This document shows, one piece after another, positions 1 through 12,428 of a stretch of 64,000 nucleotides of DNA. The DNA comes from Octopus vulgaris. Its lineage: Eukaryota. Numbering within the stretch: position 1 is the stretch's first letter; every line of letters begins with the position of its first letter. The notes below the pieces were generated by a model that was not told where the DNA came from, searched no databases, and was given only the letters and a program-made list of their open reading frames with translations. Both the position numbers and the translations under genes were made by a program. The stretch covers positions 52,700,001 to 52,764,000 of the forward strand of contig OX597820.1 of NCBI GenBank assembly GCA_951406725.2, in the 5' to 3' direction.

Positions 1-102
1 CTCTCTCTCTCTCCCTCCCTCCCTCTCTTGCGTACTTCCTCCTGTCTTTCTCGTTCCCCAGTGCGATATGATATACGATATACATAGATATACATACATA
101 AA

Positions 103-146
<44 letters not shown>

Positions 147-149
<3 letters not shown>

Positions 150-700
150 ATGTTCTGTACAAGGAATACATCAAGAAAATGGTATGTAGGCAAGAAAGAA
201 CGAAAGATTAAAGTAAGACTATAAGGATACTTGAAGATAAAATAAATAACCGCATAATAAATGCCCACCCCAATGCAATTTATTATACTACATGAGATAT
301 AAGTTATGATACAGATGTCATAAATATGTAGAACTCAATTTTGAGGTGACACGGAACAGGTATATTGGCAAGAGAAAAGAAATTTTAAAGAAAGACTTCC
401 TAATTATATCTGTTGAACATACAGATGAAAAAAAAAGCAACAATAAATTTAGCAAACTACTTTTGGAAACTAAATGTTAAATATCCAGATTGCACACACG
501 TAGAAAGATCTTAAGCCTACAAAAGAAGAAAAATACGGTGTAAATTGTGCAAAGAAGAGGGAAGATCCCCCAAAACATGTCGTAAACAACGTTTGTGCTA
601 CAACATTAAATCTGAAACATTCGTCAAATACAAATATATTGAAAAGCACCTATTACGTAGCTAATAAAAAGAAAATAGCAATACTTGACATCTACTAGAT
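147..700 (+). mobile_element. Decayed Penelope-like element, GIY-YIG endonuclease C-terminal region (Naiad-like motif layout)
   Basis: Manual translation across frameshifts: 259-372 KCPPQCNLLYYMRYKL*YRCHKYVELNFEVTRNRYIGK; 384-407 FKERLPNY; 449-664 LANYFWKLNVKYPDCTHVERS*AYKRRKIRCKLCKEEG...YNIKSETFVKYKYIEKHLLRS*. This follows the PLE pattern CP..C / YIG / FKxR / LSxYxWxL / CxLCxxE / NxRSE / KxLL. Begins directly after (TA)n at 106-146. Confidence 0.7.
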
Positions 701-788
701 AAATGCACAGACATATAATTACTTCACCTTTGTCCGACAACAATTCTGAATCTTTCTGGGGTTATGGTAAGGAACCGGATATACATGT

Positions 789-1020
789 GAGGGCACGTGG
801 CCTAGTGGTTATGGTGTTGCAGTCAAGATTGCGAGATCGTGATTTCAATTCCTAGACCGGGCGGGGCGATGTGTTCTTCAGCACGTTGCTATGTGATCAC
901 TTCGACACCTAATGAGTGGTACACCGCGCAGCTATTCAAGCAACGTAGATTTGATTGAGGGAGCAATCGTACGGGACATACATTTGACCATTAACAAAAA
1001 ATCATTTGTGCTGAACGCTC
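789..1020 (+). mobile_element. tRNA-derived SINE family C, older copy
   Basis: Head gggcacgtggcctagtggtta...gatttcaattcctagaccggg has A-box/B-box-like motifs and is similar to 7601, 8366 and 24682. The 3' boundary is approximate. Confidence 0.6.
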
Positions 1021-1039
1021 ATACGTCCATTATCGTCCA

Positions 1040-1218
1040 TTTTCTCTCCCTTTTTTTCTTTTTTTTTCTCTCTCCTTGTTTTTTCTGTGTCCTTTTCTGT
1101 AGAAGAGCATAGGCTCGAAACGTAAAAGACTTTTCTATTCCTGAGCGTTATACTAATACATCTGTTTGTTTTGTACACCACCTGTCTTCGTATTTTGTTT
1201 TTTTTGTAAACTCTCTCT
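1040..1218 (+). mobile_element. Penelope-like terminal (pLTR-type) segment with a minimal hammerhead-like motif
   Basis: 1097-1127 reads CTGTAGA-A-GAGC-atag-GCTC-GAAAC-GT-A-aaag (hammerhead core with A6->U and palindromic ACGT stem III). Ends in (TA)n. Its last ~55 bp recur inverted at 1376-1430. Confidence 0.55.
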
Positions 1219-1227
1219 ATATGTATA

Positions 1228-1292
<65 letters not shown>

Positions 1293-1299
1293 CTTATAT

Positions 1300-1358
1300 T
1301 GACCCCAGTGCGTAACTGGTACTTATTTAATCGACCCCGAAAGGATGAAAGGCAAAGT
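1300..1358 (-). mobile_element. SINE family B core fragment inside a (TA)n run
   Basis: gaccccagtgcgtaactggtacttatttaatcgaccccgaaaggatgaaaggcaaagt is the reverse complement of the family B core. Confidence 0.8.
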
Positions 1359-1480
1359 TATATATATATATATATATAAGGAGAGTTTACGAAAAAAACA
1401 AAAGACGAAGACAGGTGGTGTACAAAACAGAGTATGTCGTATATATATATATATATATATATATATCATATATCACACAT

Positions 1481-1512
<32 letters not shown>

Positions 1513-2139
1513 CATATATATCACACATCTACCTATACACATATATATCATATATGCGTGTGCGTGTGTGTACACATATTTGTGTATGTACCTGTAAATA
1601 CGTGTGTGTGCATGGGTGTATGTGTATGTGGGAGAGTGTACGCGTGCTAAGAAGGAAAAAATTACCGAATATTTATCTATAAATGCATAAACATTGGTAA
1701 TGTTGATATAAACACTTTAATGTTTACACGAATGTATTGAATTAAAGAGATGACATCTTCACCTTATCTTACTGTTTCCAATCTATGAGTCGCGACATTT
1801 TAGTGTTTTCTGAAATAAGACAGGTGTGTCTCGATATTATCAAATTGCAAAATCTTTTATTTTTAGCTTTTTACACATACATAATAAAATTAAGCAATTA
1901 TTATATATTTTGAACGCGCCCTCTTAGTCACATAAGACTCTTCGTATGTTTTATTAGTATTTTATTAATTACAATAACGTATCAGCAGTGTGTCGTTTTC
2001 ATCTTTGCAATAGAAAAGTATCATGTATCTTAAAAGTAAGCGGGTAATGACGTTAGGGCTACACAGAGAACAACCCGAAACATACATACGAGAGAATTTA
2101 TCGCTTGCTGCTTTTGATTAGAAAGGTACATAGAAAAGA

Positions 2140-2395
<256 letters not shown>

Positions 2396-3019
2396 AAAGA
2401 GAGAGATGGGGAGAAAGATAGTGAGTGAGTGAGTGTGTGTGTGAGAGAGAGAGAGAGTCTAATGTTCCGAAATAGCAATGTTTTACAATTGTCAACTGAT
2501 GAAGGGGTCATTTTTGTACACCTCCGTTTCTGTAACAATTTCGCTTTTCTGTATATTTCCTTGTTCTCGTGTGAAATTTCTTGTCTTACACACACGCACA
2601 CACATAGACATATTTATATATATTCGCATATGTGAAAATGTGTGTGTGTGTGTATGTGTGTCTATTACATATTTAGTTCGACATATAGAGAGAAAGGCAG
2701 CAAATGAAAAACAGTGAGAGAGAGAGAGAGAGAGTTAAAGATATAACGGGGTGACCCATTAATCGTCTAGTATCCATGGTTATAGTTTGATATTGACTAC
2801 TTAATTTATATTTTTAGATTTTACAACCAGAATGACGTTTAGTAGTAATAAAACATAGTTTAGTTGCTTAAAATCAATGTACTTCGTATTTTTTTAATTT
2901 TATTACTATTTATTTATTTGCAACCCTTGGAATTTGTATTGCAATATGTAACAGTTTTCTAGTATTACATTTGTATACATTGAAATTTAGCCAGAAATTA
3001 CCTCTTCTTGTACATATAT

Positions 3020-3409
3020 AGGCATAGGCGTGGCTGTGTCGTAAGTAGCTTGTTTAACAACCACATGGTTCCGGTTTCAGTCCCACTGCGTGGCACTTTG
3101 GGCAAGTGTCTTTCACTATAGCCTCGGGTCGACCAAAGCCTTGTGAGTGGATTTGGTAGACGGAAACTGAAAGAAGCCCGCCGTATATATATGTGTGTGT
3201 GTGTGCATATGTTTGTGCGTCTGTGTTTGTCTCCCCAACATCGCTTGGCAACCGATGCTGGTGTGTTAGCGTCGCCGTAACTTAGCGGTTCGGTAAAAGA
3301 GACCGATAGAATAAGTACTAGGCTTACAAAGAATAAGTCCTGGGGTCGATTTGCTCAACTACAGGCGGTGCTCCAGCATGGCCACAGTCAAATGATTGAA
3401 ACAAAAGAA
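3020..3409 (+). mobile_element. tRNA-derived SINE family A, full length
   Basis: Head aggc..ggcgtggctgtg..gtaagtagc...ggtttcagtccc, body ttgggcaagtgtc...ggaaactgaaagaagccc, internal (TA)(TG) tract, tail gcggtgctccagcatggcc.cagtcaaatga.tgaaaca. About 12 related copies in the window. Confidence 0.9.
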
Positions 3410-3444
3410 TAGATATAGATATACATATATATAAACACATGTAT

Positions 3445-3638
3445 TTCGTTTTTAGATTTGGTTTGCAAGATTCTTTATGTGAGTTCTTGTGTTGAAGTAT
3501 ATTCTGTTGTGTCTGGGGAGAGTAATTTTCTTTTGTGCCTTATAGGAAAATAAAAGTATGAAATAAGTGGAAATTTTACCGGTGAGTGTGTTAAATTATG
3601 AAAATAAGAAAATTACTCTCCCCAGAATCAACAGAATA
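3445..3638. mobile_element. Short fold-back element related to 10845-11115
   Basis: tattctgttgtgtctggggagagtaattttctt (3500-3532) is inverted at 3605-3638. The reverse complement of 3447-3500 resembles 11062-11113. Confidence 0.55.
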
Positions 3639-5470
3639 AACACACGTAGTTACACGAATACATAATTACGTGCACATATATGTGTATATGTATGTGGTTG
3701 TCCATACATGTGTGTGTGTGTTTCCATATGTATGTATATATGTGTAGGGAGTATGCATGTATGCATGTAAATCTATATAGGCATAGAAAGCGAGAATAAA
3801 GAGAGGGTGAGAGTGACAGAGCGAGAGATAAGAAGATAAATAGCTAGATACATATATACATACATACAGACAGACAGACAGAAAAGTAGGCAGTCAAACA
3901 CATGCATACATACGCACATACATACATACATACATTCTCGTATTTTTCAAGATTGTACACCATCACTACTTGCACCACCATCGTCTTCCTCCTCATCATC
4001 ATCATCAGCAACAACTGCATCAATAGCATCACCACCATCAACATTGCTGCTATCAGCCTCTGTACTGCAGATCTCCGATAATTACCCAATAGAATCTGCC
4101 GTGCCCATTATCTAGTTAATGTTACTGACCCGTGGAATCATCTAATTAAGCGGCAAAGCAGTTAATTGGATATTGACGAATAAACCCTTTACATTAGGTC
4201 ATCAATAAATTTCTGAACCCTGACCACTTCATCTATGGACTCAGACAGACTTCTAAAATCTTTCGGTAACTCTAATTTATTTAATATGAGCTCTAGTATC
4301 GTGAACTAAGAGATACGTTTACAATTGTCTGTCACTACAAAATTTCTGCTTCCGATTGAAGCTTTATTACTTTACTTGAGAACCCAATTGCTTTAGAGGG
4401 CGGCATGAAGATGAGAAAGCCGTATTCAAGTAATTTCGTAATCGAATGTCTCATCTTATTTAATAAGAGAAAGCCTTTATTCTCAATGTGTAGGTGAACC
4501 TAGGTTGTAGATATCGACGAGAGGTTAGCAACTTGGTTTAATTCAACTCCACTGCTTCGGCTACTTGGCAAGTTCTTTTTATCCTTAGCCTTATGTTGCC
4601 CCAAATTCTGAGGGCGAAATTAGGTTGATGCGCGCTAGTTGGGGTGTATCTGTACTTGTAATTTAAAAGTGCGGCCATAATACACTAATTCGTTATGTGA
4701 ATTAAGTTTGAAAGTGACTTTGGGATACGCAGCCACTTATAATTTTACTAAGTAAGTTTAGTTAATCAAACAACAAAATATTCATCGTCCAAATCGATAG
4801 AAGCAAAAAAAAAAAAAAATGACAAAACAAGATGAAGGAACAGAAAAGAACTTTGTGATTTTAGCTCACAGCTGAAACCATTTCAGTAAGAAAGTCTCAA
4901 CGTGACTATTTGACATGCTCGAAATAGCAGCCATATATGTCTTAAATCACAACTGAATTCCTTTCAGACCAGCGCTGGACATATTCGATGATTTAGCCTG
5001 TTTAAATATATCAATGAAATCGTATCGGAAAAACGGCACGTTCACATGGTTGGAATGCCATTGATTATAACTTTGCTCAATCGGGATTCGATCGGTGATA
5101 AGCAGACCTAGCAAGAACGAAAACAACAACATACTTTTTAAATTCTATTGGACAACACACGAATGACCCAAATTTTTATTTACTTTACCGATAAATCGAA
5201 AACTATTGATTTCTTGAACTCTGAAAAGGGCCATAAACTCCTAACAACCATATATCTGCTGTAGAATTTCAGTGATCCAACGCAGCCAGGGCACATCAGT
5301 CACATTTTCATGGTTGTCATTCCTGTGGTTAAAGATATTTTATTGAGAGGTTTGAAACCTAGCATTCGCAAAGTGCTAGTCATAGCCTAACGCATACAAA
5401 AACCTTGATTTTAATTTACTTCTAAAGTTTAAATTGTTTAAAAATGTATCTGTAAGGGTCAGGAAGGAAT

Positions 5471-5518
<48 letters not shown>

Positions 5519-5675
5519 AGCTGCTGCTACAGCTACTACTACTGCAGCTGCTGCCACTATTACTACTACTCCTACCTACTACGTCTACTTCTTCCACTAC
5601 TACTATTGCGGTCGCTGTAACTACTACTACTAGCATTACTAACTAGTACTGCTACTACTGCCACTACTACTACTA
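5471..5675. repeat. Degenerate (CTA)n trinucleotide repeat
   Basis: Directly visible. Confidence 0.9.
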
Positions 5676-6269
5676 ATAGTCGACCGGATATTGTTTTCAA
5701 GGACAGCAGGAAACGAATAGCCACCTAATTGATATATCAACTCCCAAAATGTGATAAGATATCTCTAGAAGAAATGGAGCAATTATCCAAATATAAAGGT
5801 CTGGTATTAAAGTTAACCATAATGTGGTGTTTGAAAATAGAAACATACCTAATAATATTAGGTTTCTTATGACTGAATGACCCAAGACCTAACACTTATA
5901 TATGTACACAGCCAGCAAAAACTTGGGCGCAGCTTATATATTGCATAGAATACCTTCAATGCAATGAGAACACTTGGTTCTGTGGTTAGAGCGTTCGACT
6001 TACAATTGAAATGTTGTGAATTCGGTTCCCGGACCGAGTTGCAGGTTATGTTCTGGAGCAAAACACTTTATTTCAACTTGGCAGAAACGTTTTTAGCTCC
6101 AGTGCATTAGAACATACAAAAGCTGAACGAAACACTGTATATACCAACAGCCCCCCAGCAGAGTTGCGATCGGTAATAGAGTGAAAGCACGCAAAGAAAT
6201 AAAAATTAAATTTCTGGATGTAATGGTTTCATATAAGGTGGGGGTAAGTCCAGATATTTAGTGTAGAGG

Positions 6270-6432
6270 AACAGTTGATTACACGATCTCAATACTTGAC
6301 TTTATTTTATCGACCCCGGAAAAGATGAAAGGCAAAGGTGACGTCAGTGGGTCTTGAACTCAGAGCGCAAAAAGCGGGAAGCGTTGCTGTTAAGTATTTT
6401 GTCTGATGCGATTCTTCCAGCTTGCCACTTTA
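6270..6432 (-). mobile_element. SINE family B, diverged copy
   Basis: ttttatcgaccccgga..gatgaaaggcaaa...ttgaactcaga...gattcttccagcttgcc. Confidence 0.7.
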
Positions 6433-6444
6433 ATACTACAACAT

Positions 6445-6446
6445 TA

Positions 6447-6497
<51 letters not shown>

Positions 6498-6765
6498 GCT
6501 ACTACTACTACTACCACTACTACTACTACTACGACACTACAACTAATAATAATAATGTTGATGATGATGGTTTCTTTTATTGGCCACAGGAGCCCAAGAC
6601 ATTGAATAGAATATAAAAGGATGAAATACAACACACTATAATAATAATAATAATAACGATAACGGTGATGATGATGATGATGATGGTTGTGGTGGTGGTG
6701 GTGGTGACTGTGGTGGTGACTGTGGTGGTGACTGTGGTGGTGGTGGTGGTGGTGGTGGTGTGGTG
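6445..6765. repeat. (CTA)n, (TAA)n, (GAT)n and (GGT)n low-complexity block
   Basis: Directly visible; explains the His/Val/Thr-run ORFs. Confidence 0.9.
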
Positions 6766-7138
6766 AACATTTTGAAGCCATCAGGCCTCACATTTGTTAA
6801 GAAAGGATTATAATCGATTTTATTGAACGCTGTACTTTGACGAGTATTTATTTTATTGATCTCGGAACGATGAAAGACTATATAGTAAGCCTTAACACAA
6901 AACTCTAAAAGAAATGAGACGTGAATAATTACCGCGAGTATTTTTGTTTTCTAAAAGACGTAAAAAAAAAATCCCATTTTTATAGTTCTGTTCTAATAAA
7001 GTCATTTTAATTACACGTTTAACTTGCAGCCTTGTGGTGCCAATTAAAACATTGCACTCGTTTTAACTAGCTCCATATATTACACAATTTTATTTCGAAT
7101 CAGCTTTTAATTGAGCTTTTTTATATTTCATGTGTATA

Positions 7139-7200
<62 letters not shown>

Positions 7201-7255
7201 CATACATACATACATACATACATACGATACATACATACATACATACATACATACG

Positions 7256-7325
<70 letters not shown>

Positions 7326-7600
7326 AGTGGATGACGTGTCATGTTACGTATATTAATTAGGCCGGTGTTAGTTCAGGCGAAATATCAAGATTGCGCATGC
7401 GCCTTTACGTTGTCATTCGACTTGTTGGAAATAGTAATCGAAATTCACTTAAACTATATCCTACTTTAATGTCTTAAGAAAGGGGAGGCTGACAAAGTTG
7501 AGAGTAGGATATGATGGTCATGACGGGAACGACTTTGATAATAGGACTGCACAGTCGGAATGGCCTTTATAATAAACAAATACTATCTATTCTTAATGTT

Positions 7601-7846
7601 GAGGCACGTGGTTTAGTGGTTAAGGTGTCAGATTTATGATCTTATGAGTGTTGTCTCGATTCCTGGAACGGGTGACGCGTTGTGTTCTTGAACAAAACAC
7701 TTCATTTCACATTGCTCCAATCCACTCAGCTGGCAAATATGAGTAACACTGCGATGGACTGACGCCCCGTCCAGCTGGGGAACACACACTCCATAGAAAC
7801 CGGGAAACCGGGCCCATGAACCTGACTAGGCTTTAAAAGGGCGCAT
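7601..7846 (+). mobile_element. SINE family C, tail type 1
   Basis: tRNA-like head. Tail agaaaccgggaaaccgggcccatgaacctgactaggctttaaaagggcgca is shared with 8529-8580. Confidence 0.75.
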
Positions 7847-7904
7847 TTTTTACTATTATTTATTCTCAATCACTACAGGAATAACGGCTTCAAATGACTT
7901 GAAA

Positions 7905-8310
7905 TTTTGGTACAAAGCCAGCAATTTTAAGAGAAGCGGGTTAGTCTATTACAAAGTCCCAAGTGTTTAACTGATACTTGTTTCATCGACTCCGAAAGGA
8001 TGAAAGGCAAATGTAACTTTACCGGCAATTGAAATTAGAATGTGAAGTCGGAAGAAATACCACAAGGCATTTTTTCCGATATTCTAGCGAGTCTGCCAGC
8101 TTGTCACCTTAACCACGACTCTAATAACAGTAACATGAATAATTTCTCGTAAACTAACAAGGCCAAAATTTTGTAGGATTTAGTCGATTACATCAACACC
8201 AGTATTTGATTGGTACTTCATTTCTCTGCCTCGAAATGATGCCATTCAAGGTTGACCTCGGTGAGATTTGAATACTCGAAGTCTTTTTATCAGGTACTCT
8301 AGCGATTATG
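7905..8310 (-). mobile_element. Two diverged SINE family B copies
   Basis: atcgactccgaaaggatgaaaggcaaa, tctgccagcttgtcacctt and gttgacctcggtgagatttgaa motifs. Confidence 0.65.
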
Positions 8311-8365
8311 CTAAACTATAATCCTGGCTAAAATAATATTTATTTGTAATATAGATTACTGAATT

Positions 8366-8582
8366 GAGGCGCAATGGCCCAGTGGTTAGGGCAGCGGACT
8401 TGCGGTCGGAGGATCCCGGTTTCGATTCCCAGTCCGGCCGTTGTGTGTGTTTATTGAGCGAAAACATCTAAAGCTCCACGATGTTCCGACAGGGGGTGGT
8501 GGCGACCCTTGTTGTACTCATGCGCCACAGAAGCCGGGAAACCGGGCCCATGAGCCTGGCTAGGCTTGAAAAGGGCACGTAA
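8366..8582 (+). mobile_element. SINE family C (tRNA-Arg-like head), tail type 1
   Basis: gaggcgcaatggcccagtggttagggcagcggact...ggtttcgattccc with A and B boxes; near-identical head at 52303 and 59241. Possible TSD gattactgaa (8354-8363) / gattacagaa (8589-8598). Confidence 0.85.
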
Positions 8583-8619
8583 ATAATTGATTACAGAACC
8601 AGAAACTTCAAGAGGTGAG

Positions 8620-9010
8620 TTAGCTGATAAAATTAACACTAGTATTTGATTAGTAACTTATTTCCTCGACCCTGCTGGAACGAAAGCCAAAACTGACCTT
8701 GGTGGTATCTCAACTGCCAGCACGAAGTTATTTTCTGCGATGCTTTAAGGATACGATCACTCCACCACAATTACCCTACACACACCGCTCGGTAATAAAG
8801 ATTCTTGCTTTCAACTCAAAACCAGTACTTTTAAAGGAAGATTATTAGACACCAGTACATCACTGGTACTCTATGTTATCGACCGCAGGGTGTAGGGATG
8901 AAAACCAAAGTTGACTTCGACAAGTTTAACAACTTAATGTAAAGAACCGGAAGAAATACTGCCAGGGAACTTTTCTAACGCTCTAACGATTCTGCCAATA
9001 CACCGCCCAC
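8620..9010 (-). mobile_element. Two old SINE family B remnants
   Basis: tcgaccc...gaaagccaaaactgaccttggtgg; ctggtact...atcgacc...gatgaaaaccaaagttgacttcg...taacgattctgcca. Confidence 0.55.
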
Positions 9011-10543
9011 AGCATCAATAATAATAATAACAAGAACATATCAAAATTAAGTATATACATATGACAAGGGTTGGTAGAGAGAAATTAGTAGTAAGCAATA
9101 ACTAGATGGAGTTTGCCACACGGTTTCAATCAACTCTTAGTTGAATGATGTTGTTACACTTCACTTGCTCTGCTAATGTACAGAACTTACAACATGCCAT
9201 AAAATAATGTGGCTACTCGCCTAGCAGAAAAAAAAGTCAACAAAAAATACTAAATACTCTCCGTAATGCACATGCACACAAATACACATAGATGCAAGTA
9301 CTAACGCACATATTTATTTATATATAAATGCGTAAAAAAAAAAAATTCGACATGAATGTATATATGTGTATATTTGCATAATATATATGTAAATATAGAC
9401 TGCATATATTTTCAACATTTTACATACGGAAACGATTATGCCTGGTATCAAAAAACACGCTGAAGATTAGTCACTGAAGTATAAGGTGGGTTAGAGGTAC
9501 GAATCAAAAGTAATATGCGTTTCGCCAAACACGCACAGACGCTCACATACACACATGTACAAATAAATAATTTCATGCACACATGAGTACATTCGTAGAT
9601 AGACATACACACACACGTACATACATGTGTGTATATACGTACGTATATATATATATATATATATATGGGTACGCACGCTGCGCCATGCCACTGTATTGAT
9701 CACATTGTATAATTTTGTACTAAACAGCGTGAGTACAAGTAAAATATTTAGAAGAAAAATAGAGTGTGTGTACAAGCGTATTTGTGCGTGTGTAGAATGC
9801 AATAATGCAATAGAAATACTATCGTATAAAGATACACACACACACACACATACAGAAATACACGTAGATATCGAAATATATTTACGTATTCTACATGTAT
9901 TTTTTTGTACATACATGCATTCATATATACGTTTATAAATACGTACATACATTCGTACATACATACTTACACGCACGCAGACATACATACATGCATACAT
10001 GCATACATACATACATGACAGCGAAAGCAGGGGAGAAAGAGAGAAACAGCGGGAGAAAGAGATGAAAGGAGTCAATGAAGTGAAACGGTCCAATACTCTG
10101 CGATCATTCGACTCTGAAGAATGCTACGATGAGTGAGTCATAATCAAAAGCTGATCCAGGGACATTTAGGGAGATGAGAGGGGAGATCGGTGACAGAGAA
10201 GGGAAAGGGGCCGCTATTATTTATGTCCAATGAAATGTTTTAAATGGCAAACATTCCTATAGGAAAAATGATATAGAACTCTTTTGAACAGAATACAAGA
10301 GCGAATTTTGTCATCGAGTACAGTCAATTGGATGTGACCTCGATGTGTTGGTGGCATTTATCTTAGGACTCTAGAGAAATGAAAATTCAAATGTGGCGAT
10401 AAGATTTGAACTTAGATAATATCGACTGCAGTTGAAAGAGTGAAAAGTATCTTAATCAAGACTTTCTTGACACATGTGTGTCTCTATTGAATATGAATAT
10501 ATAATATTTATATATGTACATATAGCTCGATAGACAGACAGAC

Positions 10544-10620
<77 letters not shown>

Positions 10621-10844
10621 TACATACATACATACATGTACATTTAGAGAAGTTACAGTCAGAATAAGACCATGCCTAACTTTATAGCAGCACGAAGAGA
10701 AGGCATTTAATGATGTTTCATATTACATTTATTCTTTGGGTACTATAGCCCATTCGAGAAAAGAGTTATTGTTTGTAATATATCCGCACACACATACACA
10801 CTCACATACATACGTACATACATATATACATACATATATATATA

Positions 10845-11115
10845 TTGTTGTATTTCTGAATGGTCATTTTGCCAGTTTAGCCAATAAAAACACACGCACT
10901 ATATATTTGGTGTTACTTTGCTTCAGTGTTATTTATTTTTTACATTAATCTTAATCTTATTTCGGCCACTGAAGCAAAGTAACACCAAATATATAGTGCG
11001 TGTGTTTGTGTTTTTATTGGCTAAATTGGCAAAATGACCATTCCGAAATACGACAATATCTGTTTCAACACACGATTTCACATAAAAAATCTTGCACATC
11101 AAATATATAAACGTA
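10845..11115. mobile_element. Fold-back element in (TA)n with ~85-bp inverted arms
   Basis: 10845-10928 (attgttgtatttctgaatggtc...ctttgcttcagtg) is the near-perfect reverse complement of 10967-11057 (cactgaagcaaag...ccgaaatacgacaat), with a 38-bp spacer and TA-repeat flanks on both sides. Confidence 0.8.
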
Positions 11116-11175
<60 letters not shown>

Positions 11176-12198
11176 ACACTCACACATGTATAAATATAGG
11201 TATGTATACTTATATATGTGTGTGATAGTGTGTGTGTGCGCGCGGTAATACAAAAATGTGTGTAATTTTTTTTAAATGTGATATAGGTCTTTCAGAATTT
11301 ATATGCTAGCTGGATATCATTTACCCATAAAAACTCTTCTTCTTGGCCCGCATTACAGGCGGTTTACGGGTTCCAAGCGGAAGCAGTGTGCCGGCATTAA
11401 GTTAGTAACGAAGCAGGGATGCAGGCTGCCCCGATATGACAGATAGTTTTTTTTTTTTGTGTGTGTGTGTGTACGACACTGATGACAAGAGCAAGGGGCA
11501 CAGCAGATAACTGAAGTTTGAAGAACTGGGAAACTAACATTGCATATAAATCTCACAGTCGGATAGCATGCATACCAACCACGGTGAGTGAATGCGTTGA
11601 TTCCCATGAAAGGAAGACACATAATCTATTCCGTTCTGGGTCAAATAAAACAACATTGGCTACTGAATCACACTTTGAAAAGTCGCACGTTAAATCCAGC
11701 TATTACTGACTAGCCAACATCGCCTCCAAGAGAACACAAGCGAGCATACCCCTAGGGACATGCCACAGTAAAAGGAACTTGTACTTTTGCTGTAATATGG
11801 TATATAATTTATCATTCGAATGCCATTTTATTTTAACTAACTGTACTTAGATGGTATTATATTCTTATCACCTTCTTCTCATGCATCGATTAAACTTTCA
11901 GATGTTGTTATACACCGGTGGTCACAATGCGTTTCTAATTCTACCTTGAGTGCGCCATACTTTAATGTTTTTACTCAAATTAGTAATCGTCTTTCCATTG
12001 TTGTGGGGGCCTTCCGAGTAGGCTTTTCTGATCCGTTGGATAATATTCCAGCTGTTTTATGCGGAACTTGTAACATATCCGGCTCAGTGGAACTTATGCT
12101 TTTGGTATTTTCCATTCACTATATTTTTAAAGGAAATTTTGAAATGTTTTCACTTTCTTAGCTATCTATGAAACGTTTTTCACAAAAAATGTTTTCAT

Positions 12199-12364
12199 AG
12201 GCGCAGGAGTGGCTGTGAGGTAAGTAGCTTGCTTACCAACCGTATGATTCCGGGTTCAGTCCCACTGCGTGACATCTCAGGCAAGTGTCTTCTACTATAG
12301 CCTCGGGCCGACCAAAGCCTTGTGAGTGGATTTGGTAGACGGAAACTGAAAGAAGCCCGTCGTA

Positions 12365-12428
<64 letters not shown>

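Noticed and set aside
307-309. In-frame TGA as selenocysteine in a Naiad-type element
   Set aside because: It is not at a conserved Cys position, and the remnant has other stops and frameshifts, so it is ordinary decay.
2466-2530. Hammerhead at CTGATGAAGGGG (2497)
   Set aside because: There is no correctly placed GAAA with pairing stems I and III in any topology I could build.
8366-8440. Functional tRNA gene
   Set aside because: A and B boxes are present, but the acceptor and anticodon stems do not pair properly and the sequence continues into a repeated SINE body.
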